Shown here piece by piece: positions 1 through 9,135 of a stretch of 64,000 nt of DNA; the stretch's first letter is position 1, and every line of letters begins with the position of its first letter. The notes below the pieces were generated by a model. That model was not told the origin of the DNA, searched no databases, and worked only from the letters and a program-made list of their open reading frames with translations. Location of the stretch: positions 1-64,000 of the forward strand of contig JBHLLT010000004.1 in NCBI GenBank assembly GCA_048938855.1, given 5' to 3'. The position numbers were made by a program, and so were the translations under genes. The stretch is from Promethearchaeota archaeon. GTDB taxonomy: Archaea; Asgardarchaeota; Lokiarchaeia; Sigyniarchaeales; SOKP01.

Positions 1-318
1 ACAAATGGAGATCCACTTACTTCTATAGCAGAAAGGTATGTTAACCGAGTTCCATGTCCAAGTAAAGATTGGCCTGAGCGGAAAAGGCTCGATCATATTA
101 ATAAGTTAGCTAAGGATTATGATATACAAGGAGCTATCATTATTCAACAGAAATTTTGTGATCCTCATGAATTAGACACCGTAATAATTAAAGAGGCTTT
201 GGAAAATGATGGAATTAAAACATTATTCTTAGAGTTTGATGTTACTGTACCGATTGGGCAATTCAAGACTCGAGTTGAAGCATTTTTAGAAATAATACGT
301 GAGGAAGATCTCTTCTGA
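1..318 (+). CDS. bzdN: Benzoyl-CoA reductase (bzd-type) subunit N, 3' end (5' part outside window)
   Basis: Frame 1 from base 1 reads TNGDPLTSIAERYVNRVPCPSKDWP...GAIIIQQKFCDPHELD...LFLEFDVTVPIGQFKTRVEAFLEIIREEDLF* (TGA 316-318). This is an HgdB/BzdN-family C-terminus upstream of bzdO. It is absent from the ORF track because the start lies outside the window. Confidence 0.9.
   Translation, partial: TNGDPLTSIAERYVNRVPCPSKDWPERKRLDHINKLAKDYDIQGAIIIQQKFCDPHELDTVIIKEALENDGIKTLFLEFDVTVPIGQFKTRVEAFLEIIREEDLF
274..318 (+). repeat. Copy 1 of recoded direct repeat (VEAFLEIIREEDLF*), the current bzdN 3' end
   Basis: gttgaagcatttttagaaataatacgtgaggaagatctcttctga encodes the same peptide as 2574-2618. 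Confidence 0.9.
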
Positions 319-550
319 TCATGCCTACTTTTTTTCTATCTCGCTTTTATCCAACTATATTTAAAGGAAAAATTAGGAAGGAAGAAGGGACTGTAAAATT
401 TAAAACCTATTCAATCTTCTTAGGACTTTAGATGAAATCTATACTAAAAAACGGCATACCCTTCTTATCGTTCCAATTAGAATACCCATACACTACTTAA
501 ATTTAAATTAACAATTTCCTTCTTTTTAATTAGGTTACGGTGTTTTAATA

Positions 551-1084
551 TTGAAAGTTTTTATATCTGATATTATTGCTAAAAAGGATAGTTATGGCGC
601 TGATTACTTTTGGATAATTGCGCGACTTCAGAGCGGGTTAGAGATTATTATCAAGGATCTTTACTACGACATTCAAAGATATGTAGGCAAGTATGTTGAA
701 GTGTTATTATCAATTCTAAGGTCTCCCTATTTAGAGCTACAGAGAGGAATACATAGTCAATTTTCGTCGGAGGAGTACTATTCAGTTGAGCTCATTGATG
801 AATTGTTAGAACGGAAGAATCTTAATACAAGGAATCATAGGAGGGAGATTATTTTAACAGGTGAGTACATAGATTCCTATGTTATACCTGAGAGGTGGGT
901 GCCCCTCATAGAGCCAAAGTCGTTCAAACTCCTACTAAAGAACCCGTCGGCTCTTAAGACAAATGATGGTATATTTCTTCTAGATCCTTTTAATATAAGG
1001 AAAAAAGTCCCAATTGAAGAATTCCCTCGGGAGGTAACAATTGCGACTGGAAGTATCACTTTAATTGCTTGGTACCATCTTTAG
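551..1084 (+). CDS. Hypothetical protein (cargo of the insertion between bzdN and bzdO)
   Basis: 177-aa ORF with TTG start and no recognised motif. Confidence 0.7.
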   Translation: MKVFISDIIAKKDSYGADYFWIIARLQSGLEIIIKDLYYDIQRYVGKYVEVLLSILRSPYLELQRGIHSQFSSEEYYSVELIDELLERKNLNTRNHRREIILTGEYIDSYVIPERWVPLIEPKSFKLLLKNPSALKTNDGIFLLDPFNIRKKVPIEEFPREVTIATGSITLIAWYHL

Positions 1085-1114
1085 ACACCATTAGTCTCAT
1101 AGTATGTAAGTTTA

Positions 1115-2233
1115 TTAAAGAATAATTTTTTTTTTCATTTTAGGTGGTATTCTTAGTATTTCTAAATCCTTATTTCCTCGAAGATCAATTATTTTAAATT
1201 TTTCATTTTTTAGTATCGATTCAGGTAGTGTTTTTAAATTTGTGTCCCTTATAATCAGCCATTCCAATTTTTCTGAGATATTATTTGGAATCTCTTCGAA
1301 TCTAACATTGGTAATTATCAATTCCTCTAAATTTTTAAGATTTCCCATTGATTTAAGATTTGATAAGAGTACTACTTTTTGATGCGCGTCCTCAAATTCA
1401 CCACTAATCTTTAGTACTCTCAAATTGGGGAACATATTTAAGTTATCAGGAAGGAAGACCTCATTGAAGACTTGAATGTCCAATGCTTTCAATCCTTCCA
1501 TATAAGTATCAAATTTAACATATTTTTCTTTGTTTGTATAAATTCTTATTTTTAGAGTTAACAATTTCGCAAATTTCTCTAATTGCTTTGGGAGAGATGG
1601 ACACAGATCGTTTAAATCAATTTCAAGTTTCGTAACATGCCCACCATCTTCATAAAATATATTTTTACTTCTATTATGATCATCAAAATTTACAGCGTAC
1701 TTTTGATGGGTTAAATTAGATATTTCTATCATTGCATTTACTTCTTCTGGTTTTAGGAGGGCCATAAAGAGCTCCTCTTGATTTAAATATGAAAGATATC
1801 CTTCTTCTCTAAAGAAGTCTAAAACATACATATCTTTTAATCTCTTGGCTATTTCCTCTTTAAACGCTCTTTTGGCTCCCAGATCTCCTTGTTTACTCAA
1901 TTCTTCTAGCAAAGGAAAAGCTAAGTTAGAATGAAGCAACCGTGTATCATAATTATTTTCTACCCATGCTTGAATGTTAGAACAATGCCCCCAAAATTCT
2001 TGTTCTGGTGTTATTCCTAACTCTATCGGTTTTATTTCTCGTTCTAATACGGAAGTCAAATTTTCAGAGGCTTGATCCACTGACTTAATTTCTAGACTAT
2101 TTTCATTCTCTTGTGGATTTATTAAAAGGAGATATTTACATTGTCTAAATCGCTCTCCAGATATATATATCACAGTCTTGTCGTTTTCAAGTTTTATGGT
2201 CAAGTATTGATTAATTTTAAATTCTTTTGTCAT
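1115..2233 (-). CDS. Leucine-rich-repeat protein with Lokiarchaeia-type N-terminal domain
   Basis: N-terminal EFKINQYLTIKLEN...QCKYLLL...ITPEQEFWGHCSNIQAWVENNYDTRLLHSNLAFPLL block, followed by LRR units (NLRVLKISG, NLKNLEELIITN, LKTLPESI, IIDLRGN). Confidence 0.85.
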   Translation of the reverse strand: MTKEFKINQYLTIKLENDKTVIYISGERFRQCKYLLLINPQENENSLEIKSVDQASENLTSVLEREIKPIELGITPEQEFWGHCSNIQAWVENNYDTRLLHSNLAFPLLEELSKQGDLGAKRAFKEEIAKRLKDMYVLDFFREEGYLSYLNQEELFMALLKPEEVNAMIEISNLTHQKYAVNFDDHNRSKNIFYEDGGHVTKLEIDLNDLCPSLPKQLEKFAKLLTLKIRIYTNKEKYVKFDTYMEGLKALDIQVFNEVFLPDNLNMFPNLRVLKISGEFEDAHQKVVLLSNLKSMGNLKNLEELIITNVRFEEIPNNISEKLEWLIIRDTNLKTLPESILKNEKFKIIDLRGNKDLEILRIPPKMKKKIIL

Positions 2234-2573
2234 ATATTAACTCAAATTTTTCAATATTATCTCTAATAAGAATAAGTTATAAATTCTATTTATATTAATA
2301 CCCTCTACAGTATTACTTCTTATTCTTTTTTTCTTTATATACATATATTTTGTAACGTTGAATCTTTTTTTCTATGTTCATCATCTTGTGAAGTTATGAT
2401 AGATTCATTGAGTGAAATTTGAATTTATTTAGTCTAAATCGGAAAGATTTCCCACATTTTGGCAATATTAACAATTTGATTTTTAAATTATCATTATTTC
2501 TGTATATTAGGATACTAGAGGAAGCTATATAAAGAGAAATTTTAAAAAAGGAAATAAAATGACGATATACAAA

Positions 2574-2618
2574 GTTGAGGCATTTCTTGAAATTATAAGA
2601 GAGGAGGATCTTTTTTAA
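2574..2618 (+). repeat. Copy 2 of recoded repeat: orphan bzdN C-terminus directly upstream of bzdO, in frame with ATG 2559 (MTIYKVEAFLEIIREEDLF*)
   Basis: gttgaggcatttcttgaaattataagagaggaggatcttttttaa gives 14/14 identical residues to 274-315 with only synonymous differences. Confidence 0.9.
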
Positions 2619-2623
2619 TAAAT

Positions 2624-2630
2624 AGGAGGA
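2624..2630 (+). promoter_or_regulatory. Shine-Dalgarno of bzdO
   Basis: AGGAGGA 6 nt before ATG 2637. Confidence 0.75.
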
Positions 2631-2636
2631 ATTAAT

Positions 2637-3950
2637 ATGATGGAAACAAAATATCCAACCGAACCTTTAAAGTGTTGGAATAAGGCTAAAGCTCTTAGAG
2701 AGAATTATTACAGAGACTTTGCTGAAGCTCATGATAAAGGAGGGCTTCGATGGGTAGGGGGAGCATGGTCATTTGATGCCATTCCTGCAGGATTAGGAGA
2801 TGATGTTTATTCTTTAACAGGAGAACCTTATGGCGCGACTGTAGCATTTAATGATAAACTTGCTCTAGAGTGTCATGAAGCTACTGAAGCTAGAGGTTTT
2901 GCCAGAGATTTATGTTCTTATATGCGGAATTATTGGGGGTCTATATTAATTAACAAGTATGCTTGGCCACAATTCTCAGAAGAATTTCCGAAACCAGATT
3001 TTATTTGGCAAGATCATATTTGTTGTTCACATGCTAAATGGTATCAAGTGGCAAGCGATCTTGAAGGAGGAATTCCAATGTTTAGTATTGACGTTTCTGT
3101 AGGACCATATGAAGAGCGATCGGAACACAAGATCAATTATATTGTAGGTCAAATGCATGACGGAATTAAGTGGCTTGAAAAAGTTACAGGAAGAGATTAT
3201 GATGATGAGTTATTAATAAAGGCAGTTAAAAATGAATTTCGTTCATGCCATTATTGGGCAGCAATTTGTGAGCTTAATAAAAATATTCCTGCTCCTTTAG
3301 ACGAGAAATCCATGTATTCTTTATATGTTCTTGGGACCTTGAGAAAATCTGCTCAATGGACAGCAGACTTTTATGAAAAAGAGTTATATCCAGAAGTAAA
3401 AGATCGTGCTACAAGAGGGATTGCTGCCGTTGGAAATGAAAAATGTCGGATAATGACGGATACTCAGCCTCCATGGGCATTTTTAAGAATTTTCCGATAT
3501 TTAGAACAATATGGATGTGTTTCTGTTGGTAGTCTCTACACGTTTGGCCTTATTGGGCTATGGGAAGATAAAGAGGATGGATCATGGGGTCCAAAATCTA
3601 TTCCTGATATTGAAATAACAAATCGAGATGAAGCCTTACGAGCTCTTGCTGATTGGAACTTAAGTAAACCAGAATGGCAACACTTTTATCACCCAAAACT
3701 CAAATCTGATATGATGATTAGGATCGCTAAAGAATGGAAACTAGATGGCGTTTTCTTACATTTTAATAGAGGATGTGAAGGATTAAGTCTTGGAATTGCC
3801 GAAAATCGTTTAGCTATCCAAAAGGCAGGGATTCCGACTATGCCATTTGAAGGTAATATGGGTGATGAGAGAGAATTTGATCTTGAGAGAACAATGAAGC
3901 GGGTAGATGCTTTTATGGAATCATTAGGAATAGAAAAAGTGAAAATATAA
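2637..3950 (+). CDS. bzdO: Benzoyl-CoA reductase (bzd-type) subunit O
   Basis: [14 protein letters not shown] start, [39 protein letters not shown] and [12 protein letters not shown] motifs; operon context. Confidence 0.93.
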   Translation: MMETKYPTEPLKCWNKAKALRENYYRDFAEAHDKGGLRWVGGAWSFDAIPAGLGDDVYSLTGEPYGATVAFNDKLALECHEATEARGFARDLCSYMRNYWGSILINKYAWPQFSEEFPKPDFIWQDHICCSHAKWYQVASDLEGGIPMFSIDVSVGPYEERSEHKINYIVGQMHDGIKWLEKVTGRDYDDELLIKAVKNEFRSCHYWAAICELNKNIPAPLDEKSMYSLYVLGTLRKSAQWTADFYEKELYPEVKDRATRGIAAVGNEKCRIMTDTQPPWAFLRIFRYLEQYGCVSVGSLYTFGLIGLWEDKEDGSWGPKSIPDIEITNRDEALRALADWNLSKPEWQHFYHPKLKSDMMIRIAKEWKLDGVFLHFNRGCEGLSLGIAENRLAIQKAGIPTMPFEGNMGDEREFDLERTMKRVDAFMESLGIEKVKI

Positions 3951-3987
3951 AAAAAAATTAAAAAATTTAACCAAATAGAAAAAAGCG

Positions 3988-4497
3988 TTGGATATAGATC
4001 TCATGAAACGATATATAGCCATGATTATCGGACTATTAACTATACTGGTGGTTTTTTTCGTTCCTTTCGGTATTCATATAGATTTAGGTCCTGGACCGAA
4101 TAGTATTGTTTCTATGACATGGGAGGTTCCTCTCTCTCCAGCATGGTATTCGATTCGATTTTTCAGCGCATTTCTCTTTTATTTTGAATATTGTTTTTTT
4201 AGATTTTTCTTTGTAGGATATGTTATTCTTTTAATGATTGGGAAATTTAATAAAAAATGGTTTATAATGACTGGTGTGATAAGTGAGCTTATTCCTTTAG
4301 CAATAGCAATACCTTCAACATTTATCCTTAATGTTCAAGGAGATAACTTGCATGCAATCATATATCCTATCCCAATTTTGATGATCTTTGATCTAATTAT
4401 AGTTTATTTATCAAGTCAATTAGGTCTTATTAAAATAAGTAATGAAATCTATAATAAAAGTAATTTAAAAGAAAATTTTGAAAGTGGTTTAATTTGA
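3988..4497 (+). CDS. Hypothetical multi-pass membrane protein inserted between bzdO and bzdP
   Basis: About 4 hydrophobic segments; its stop codon overlaps the bzdP TTG start. Confidence 0.7.
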   Translation: MDIDLMKRYIAMIIGLLTILVVFFVPFGIHIDLGPGPNSIVSMTWEVPLSPAWYSIRFFSAFLFYFEYCFFRFFFVGYVILLMIGKFNKKWFIMTGVISELIPLAIAIPSTFILNVQGDNLHAIIYPIPILMIFDLIIVYLSSQLGLIKISNEIYNKSNLKENFESGLI

Positions 4498-5279
4498 TAA
4501 CAGTAGGTATAGATGCAGGCTCAAAATATACAAAAGTTGTTATTTTGGACGATAATAACATTTTATCGACAGCATCAGTATTGAGTGGTTTTGATCAAGA
4601 AGAATCTGCACAGCAAGCATTAGACAAGGCTATTAAAAATGCAGGAATTAAACGTGAAGACATTAAACATATTACTACTACTGGAGCTGGAATGGATGCA
4701 ATATTTTTTGCTGATGATAATATTACAACTGTCACCGCTGATGGTCGAGGTGTATTTTTTCTTTTCCCTTCAGCTCGTACTGTCATTGATATTGGAGCTG
4801 AAGAAGGATTGGTTGTGAAACTCGATGAAAACGGAAAAGTTAAAGATTTTGGAATTAATGAAAAATGTGCTGCGGGAGCTGGTGCTTTTATAGAAGCTAT
4901 GTCGAGAGCATTAGAAGTAGATATCGAAACCATGGGAGAACTTTCTTTAAAATCAACGAAACAGATACCAATGAATGCTCAATGTACTATTTTTGCTGAA
5001 TCCGAAGTAGTTTCATTGATACACCAAAAAACTTCAAAGGAGGATATTATTCATGCAGTACATGATGCGATTGCTGATAGAAATACAAGCATGGTACGGC
5101 AAATCGGTATTGAAAAGGATGTCGCGTTAATAGGTGGTGTTGCGAATAATATTGGATTTGTAGATGCAATGAATAAGAATTTAGGTTTTGAACTATTAGT
5201 ACCGAAAAATGGTGTAACTCCTCAATATGTAAGTGCATTAGGAGCAGCTCTTATAGCACAAGATAAAATTGGAGGTTAG
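4494..5279 (+). CDS. bzdP: Benzoyl-CoA reductase ATPase/activase subunit P
   Basis: ASKHA activase motifs GIDAGS, TGAG, VIDIGAEE, NEKCAAGAG, CTIFAESEVVS, GGVA. Confidence 0.9.
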   Translation: MITVGIDAGSKYTKVVILDDNNILSTASVLSGFDQEESAQQALDKAIKNAGIKREDIKHITTTGAGMDAIFFADDNITTVTADGRGVFFLFPSARTVIDIGAEEGLVVKLDENGKVKDFGINEKCAAGAGAFIEAMSRALEVDIETMGELSLKSTKQIPMNAQCTIFAESEVVSLIHQKTSKEDIIHAVHDAIADRNTSMVRQIGIEKDVALIGGVANNIGFVDAMNKNLGFELLVPKNGVTPQYVSALGAALIAQDKIGG

Positions 5280-5283
5280 AATA

Positions 5284-6168
5284 ATGTCAAATGCAGAATC
5301 AGAAAAGGAATATTGGAGATGGACTGAATCTCGTTATACTCACCCTGATTTAAAGTGGGAAGATGGAGATATCATCTCAGCAGGAGTTGATGTTGGGTCA
5401 GTCAGTACACAAGCAGTAATTATGGTAGATGGTGAAATTTATTGCTATTCAAGCATGAGAACGGGAAGTAATAGTCCAGATAGTGCAAATAATGCTATGG
5501 AGTGGGCGCTTGAGGGTACTGGATTAACTTTAGATAAGATTCAATATGTCGTTGGAACTGGATACGGACGTGTAAATGTTCCATTTGCAAAACGAGCTAT
5601 CACTGAAATTGCATGCCATGCTAGAGGAGCTAACTTTATTTATGGTCCAGAAATCCGGACTGTATTAGATATGGGAGGCCAAGATTGTAAAGCAATACGA
5701 TGTGATCAACGCGGTAAAGTTACTGCGTTCCTTATGAATGATAAATGCGCCGCAGGAACAGGTCGAGGAATGGAAGTATTTGCAGATTTACTTCAAGTAC
5801 ATATTAATGATGTAGGAAAAATGTCTCTCCAAGTGGATGAAGAACCTGAACCCGTTAGTAGTACCTGTGTAGTATTCGCAAAGTCAGAAGCAGTGGGATT
5901 ATTGAGAAAAGGTTGGCCAAAGGAGAAAGTATTAGCGGCTTATTGTTCTGCCATGGCTCATCGGGTAGTGACACTTTTACTGAGACTTGGTATTGAAGAA
6001 AAATTTGCTATAACAGGTGGAATCGCTAAAAATATTGGAGTAGTCAAAAGAATCGAAGATGAGTTGAAATTGAAAGCTCCTGAACCTAGTATCGATCCAC
6101 AACTTGCAGGAGCTATTGGTGCAGCCTTATTCGCCAAAGCCCTTATCGAAAAGGAACGTAAAAAATAA
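5284..6168 (+). CDS. bzdQ: Benzoyl-CoA reductase ATPase/activase subunit Q
   Basis: EYWRW N-terminus, GVDVGSVS, GTGYGR, TEIACHARGA, DMGGQDCK, MNDKCAAGTGRG. ATG 5284 follows GGAGGT (ORF track uses upstream 5269). Confidence 0.93.
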   Translation: MSNAESEKEYWRWTESRYTHPDLKWEDGDIISAGVDVGSVSTQAVIMVDGEIYCYSSMRTGSNSPDSANNAMEWALEGTGLTLDKIQYVVGTGYGRVNVPFAKRAITEIACHARGANFIYGPEIRTVLDMGGQDCKAIRCDQRGKVTAFLMNDKCAAGTGRGMEVFADLLQVHINDVGKMSLQVDEEPEPVSSTCVVFAKSEAVGLLRKGWPKEKVLAAYCSAMAHRVVTLLLRLGIEEKFAITGGIAKNIGVVKRIEDELKLKAPEPSIDPQLAGAIGAALFAKALIEKERKK

Positions 6169-6208
6169 TTATATAATATTATATTATTCGAAAAGAAAGA
6201 GGAAGGAT

Positions 6209-6496
6209 ATGACAAAAGCAAATTATGGTTACAAGGATGGTTCAGGAGAGTATTTTATAACTATAGATACTGAACTGTGTAATTCATGTGGTAAATGTGT
6301 AGAAGTGTGTCCGGCAGGTGTCCTCGAAATGGCTGAAGATGAATTAGATCCTTTAGGTGATGAAATAATAGCGACTGTTTCAGAGGAACATCGCAAGAAA
6401 ATTAAATACTCTTGTGCTCCTTGCAAAGGTGATGCAACAAAGGAACTGCCTTGTGTAAAAGCTTGCGAACCGGAAGCAATTTCTCATTCTTGGTAA
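6209..6496 (+). CDS. bzdM: Ferredoxin of the benzoyl-CoA reductase operon
   Basis: ANYGYKDGSGEYFITID, CNSCGKCVEVCP, KYSCAPCK...PCVKAC, ends ISHSW. The true start is probably ATG 6209 after GAGGAAGG. Confidence 0.88.
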   Translation: MTKANYGYKDGSGEYFITIDTELCNSCGKCVEVCPAGVLEMAEDELDPLGDEIIATVSEEHRKKIKYSCAPCKGDATKELPCVKACEPEAISHSW

Positions 6497-6610
6497 TCTA
6501 TCTCTAAATCTTTTTTATATATTTACTTTTAGTTTTTAAATGATTTAATTTAATTTCTTAATTGAAAAGTAATTAATTCTATGGTTAATTTTAACTAGCG
6601 AGTGTTAATT

Positions 6611-9133
6611 ATGGATTCAATATCAATAACGATTAATGGAACAAAAGTTGAAGCTGAGAAGGATTCTACGATATTAAAGGCAGCTTTAGATGCTGGAATT
6701 TACATTCCTAGTATTTGTGCTCATCCAGATTTACCTACTTTGGTAGGTTTAAAGCCATATCAGGAAATTTTTCAAGGAGAAACCAGAATTAATAATGATT
6801 ATTCTCAAGAACATCAAGGTTGTCAGCTTTGCGTCGTAAAAGTAGAAGGGATTAGAGAATTAAAAACATCGTGTAGTACTATTATAGAAGAAGGAATGGT
6901 GATTTCAACTGATAATCCTGAAATTCACAGTTTTCGCCAAGAAAAATTATTGACTGTTCTCTCAAAACATCCCCATGCGTGTTTAATGTGTGCCCAACGT
7001 GAAGGTTGTAGCCGTGAACCGTGTTCACCAAATGTTCCAGTGGTAGAACGTTGTTGTCCTATATTAGGTCGATGTGAATTACAAAAAGTAGCTGAATATA
7101 TTGGAATTCGAGAAGACATAACAAGATATAAGCCTCAAGGACATACCATTATAGAAGACGAACCTTTATTCATCAGAAACTATGAGTTATGTATTGGATG
7201 TACTAGATGTGTAAGAGTTTGTCGAGATGTTCGAGGCATTGAAGCTTTAGGTTTTGTTTATTCAAACGGAGAAACCCTAGTAGGAAGTTTAGCTCCTTCA
7301 CTCAAGGAGTCTGGTTGTAAATTTTGTGGAGCTTGTATCGAAGTATGTCCGACAGGAGCACTTACAGATAAGGATATCCTCTGGGCTGAACGTGAAAAAT
7401 TGTTGGTTCCCTGTAGAGAAGCATGTCCTTTAAAAATTGACGTACCTCGTTATATTCGATTAATTTCTGAGAAAAAATATGCTGAGGCAGCCGCGGTTAT
7501 TCGAGAAAAAACCCCTCTTCCTTCAGTTCTTGGAAGAATTTGTTTTCATGATTGTGAACTTGAATGTCGGAGGAATCAAATTAATGAACCTATTGCTATT
7601 TGTGCTTTAAAACGTTATGCAATGGATTTTGACAATGAAATGTGGAAGTCAAATCTAAAGATTAAACCTCCAACAGGGAAAAAAGTGGCAGTTGTAGGGT
7701 CAGGTCCCTCTGGTTTAACAGCAGCATATTACTTAAGGAGGTTAGGGCATTCAGTAACCTTATTTGAAGCTAATTCTTATTTAGGAGGTATGTTAAGACA
7801 AGGGATCCCTGAATATAGATTACCACGATCTGTTCTTCAGAAAGATCTTAAGCATATTTTGAGTATAGGAATTGATGCTCAAACCGAAAAAGTTGTAGGT
7901 GAACATTTATCTCTTGAAGATTTGAAAAGTCAAGGATTTAATGCAACCTTTTTGGCAATTGGTGCTCAAGGTTCTAAAAAACTTGATCTTAAGGGATCAG
8001 ATCTCCCTAATATCTTATGGGGTCTTGAATTTCTTAAAAAAGTTAATAATGGTGAAGATGTAAAAATATCAGATACTGTTATCGTAATTGGTGGTGGAAA
8101 TGTAGCAATTGATGTTGCTTTAACTGCTAAACGACTTGGTGCTAAAGATATACAATTAACATGTCTGGAATGTAGAGAAGAAATGCCTGCTCATGAATGG
8201 GAAATTCAAAAGGCTATTGATGAGGGAATTACACTTGATTGTTCTTGGGGTCCAAAAGCGATTATTGATAGGAATGGTGAAGTATCGGAAGTTGAGTTAG
8301 TCCATTGTGATTCTGTGTATGATAATAGTAACGCGTTCAATCCAATCTTTGATAATAACAATAGAAAATCGGTTAAAACTGAAATGGTAATATTAGCAAT
8401 AGGGCAAATTCCTGATCTATCTTTACTAGGAAGCGAAAGTAAAATAAATATAACTTCATCTGGATTAATTCAAGTTAAGGAAGGCTCACTAGAGACTAAT
8501 GTACCAGGATTATTTGCAGGTGGTGAAGTTATAAATAGCCCCAGTTCTGTTGTTGATGCAATTGAAATGGGAAGAAGGGCTGCTACTTCAATCGATAAAT
8601 TTTTGGGAGGCAATGGTGAAATAGAAGATATACTTATTAAGCCAGATATTCCTCCAAATAATTTAGGACGCGATGAAGGTTTTTATGATAAAATGCGTGT
8701 AAAAATGCCCCTTCTATCATTAGAACAGCGACAAAGTAATTTTAATGAAATTGAATTGGGTTTTGACGAAAAATTGGCCCTTGAGGAAGCAAATCGTTGT
8801 TTAAGATGTGATCTACGCTTTGAAATCTCTTCTGTTGTATTACCGCCTCAAAAATGGTTAGATCTAACCACTGAGAACATTCAAAATGTTCCTGAAACTG
8901 AAGGTGTCATTCAAGTCTTAAATGAGAATCAAAAAATAATTTTAATTCAAGGTACTCAAAATATGCGTTTAGCAATTGAAGAGCAATTAGGTGCAAATAC
9001 ACAAGCTTGTTATTTCGAGTTTGATGAAGATCCTATGTATACAAAAAGAGAAAGTGAGCTTTTACAACAATTCATGCAAGAATTTGGAAGATTCCCAGAA
9101 GGGAATGAAGATCTTGATGATGATCTTTTCTGA
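6611..9133 (+). CDS. bzdV: BzdV-like NAD(P)H:ferredoxin oxidoreductase (2Fe-2S, 4Fe-4S, GltD-like FAD domain, small C-terminal domain)
   Basis: IPSICAHP...GCQLC...SC, CIGCTRCVRVC, CKFCGACIEVCP, PCREACP, GSGPSG, GIPEYRLP, GGGNVAID, EANRCLRCD; position after bzdM. Confidence 0.85.
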   Translation: MDSISITINGTKVEAEKDSTILKAALDAGIYIPSICAHPDLPTLVGLKPYQEIFQGETRINNDYSQEHQGCQLCVVKVEGIRELKTSCSTIIEEGMVISTDNPEIHSFRQEKLLTVLSKHPHACLMCAQREGCSREPCSPNVPVVERCCPILGRCELQKVAEYIGIREDITRYKPQGHTIIEDEPLFIRNYELCIGCTRCVRVCRDVRGIEALGFVYSNGETLVGSLAPSLKESGCKFCGACIEVCPTGALTDKDILWAEREKLLVPCREACPLKIDVPRYIRLISEKKYAEAAAVIREKTPLPSVLGRICFHDCELECRRNQINEPIAICALKRYAMDFDNEMWKSNLKIKPPTGKKVAVVGSGPSGLTAAYYLRRLGHSVTLFEANSYLGGMLRQGIPEYRLPRSVLQKDLKHILSIGIDAQTEKVVGEHLSLEDLKSQGFNATFLAIGAQGSKKLDLKGSDLPNILWGLEFLKKVNNGEDVKISDTVIVIGGGNVAIDVALTAKRLGAKDIQLTCLECREEMPAHEWEIQKAIDEGITLDCSWGPKAIIDRNGEVSEVELVHCDSVYDNSNAFNPIFDNNNRKSVKTEMVILAIGQIPDLSLLGSESKINITSSGLIQVKEGSLETNVPGLFAGGEVINSPSSVVDAIEMGRRAATSIDKFLGGNGEIEDILIKPDIPPNNLGRDEGFYDKMRVKMPLLSLEQRQSNFNEIELGFDEKLALEEANRCLRCDLRFEISSVVLPPQKWLDLTTENIQNVPETEGVIQVLNENQKIILIQGTQNMRLAIEEQLGANTQACYFEFDEDPMYTKRESELLQQFMQEFGRFPEGNEDLDDDLF

Positions 9134-9135
9134 AT

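Noticed and set aside
319-2573. Calling the bzdN-bzdO insertion a transposon or provirus
   Set aside because: No transposase, integrase, terminal inverted repeats or viral genes are visible, so it is reported only as an insertion.
6104-6208. N-terminal extension of the ferredoxin in the ORF track
   Set aside because: It overlaps bzdQ; the SD and family N-terminus indicate a start at 6209.
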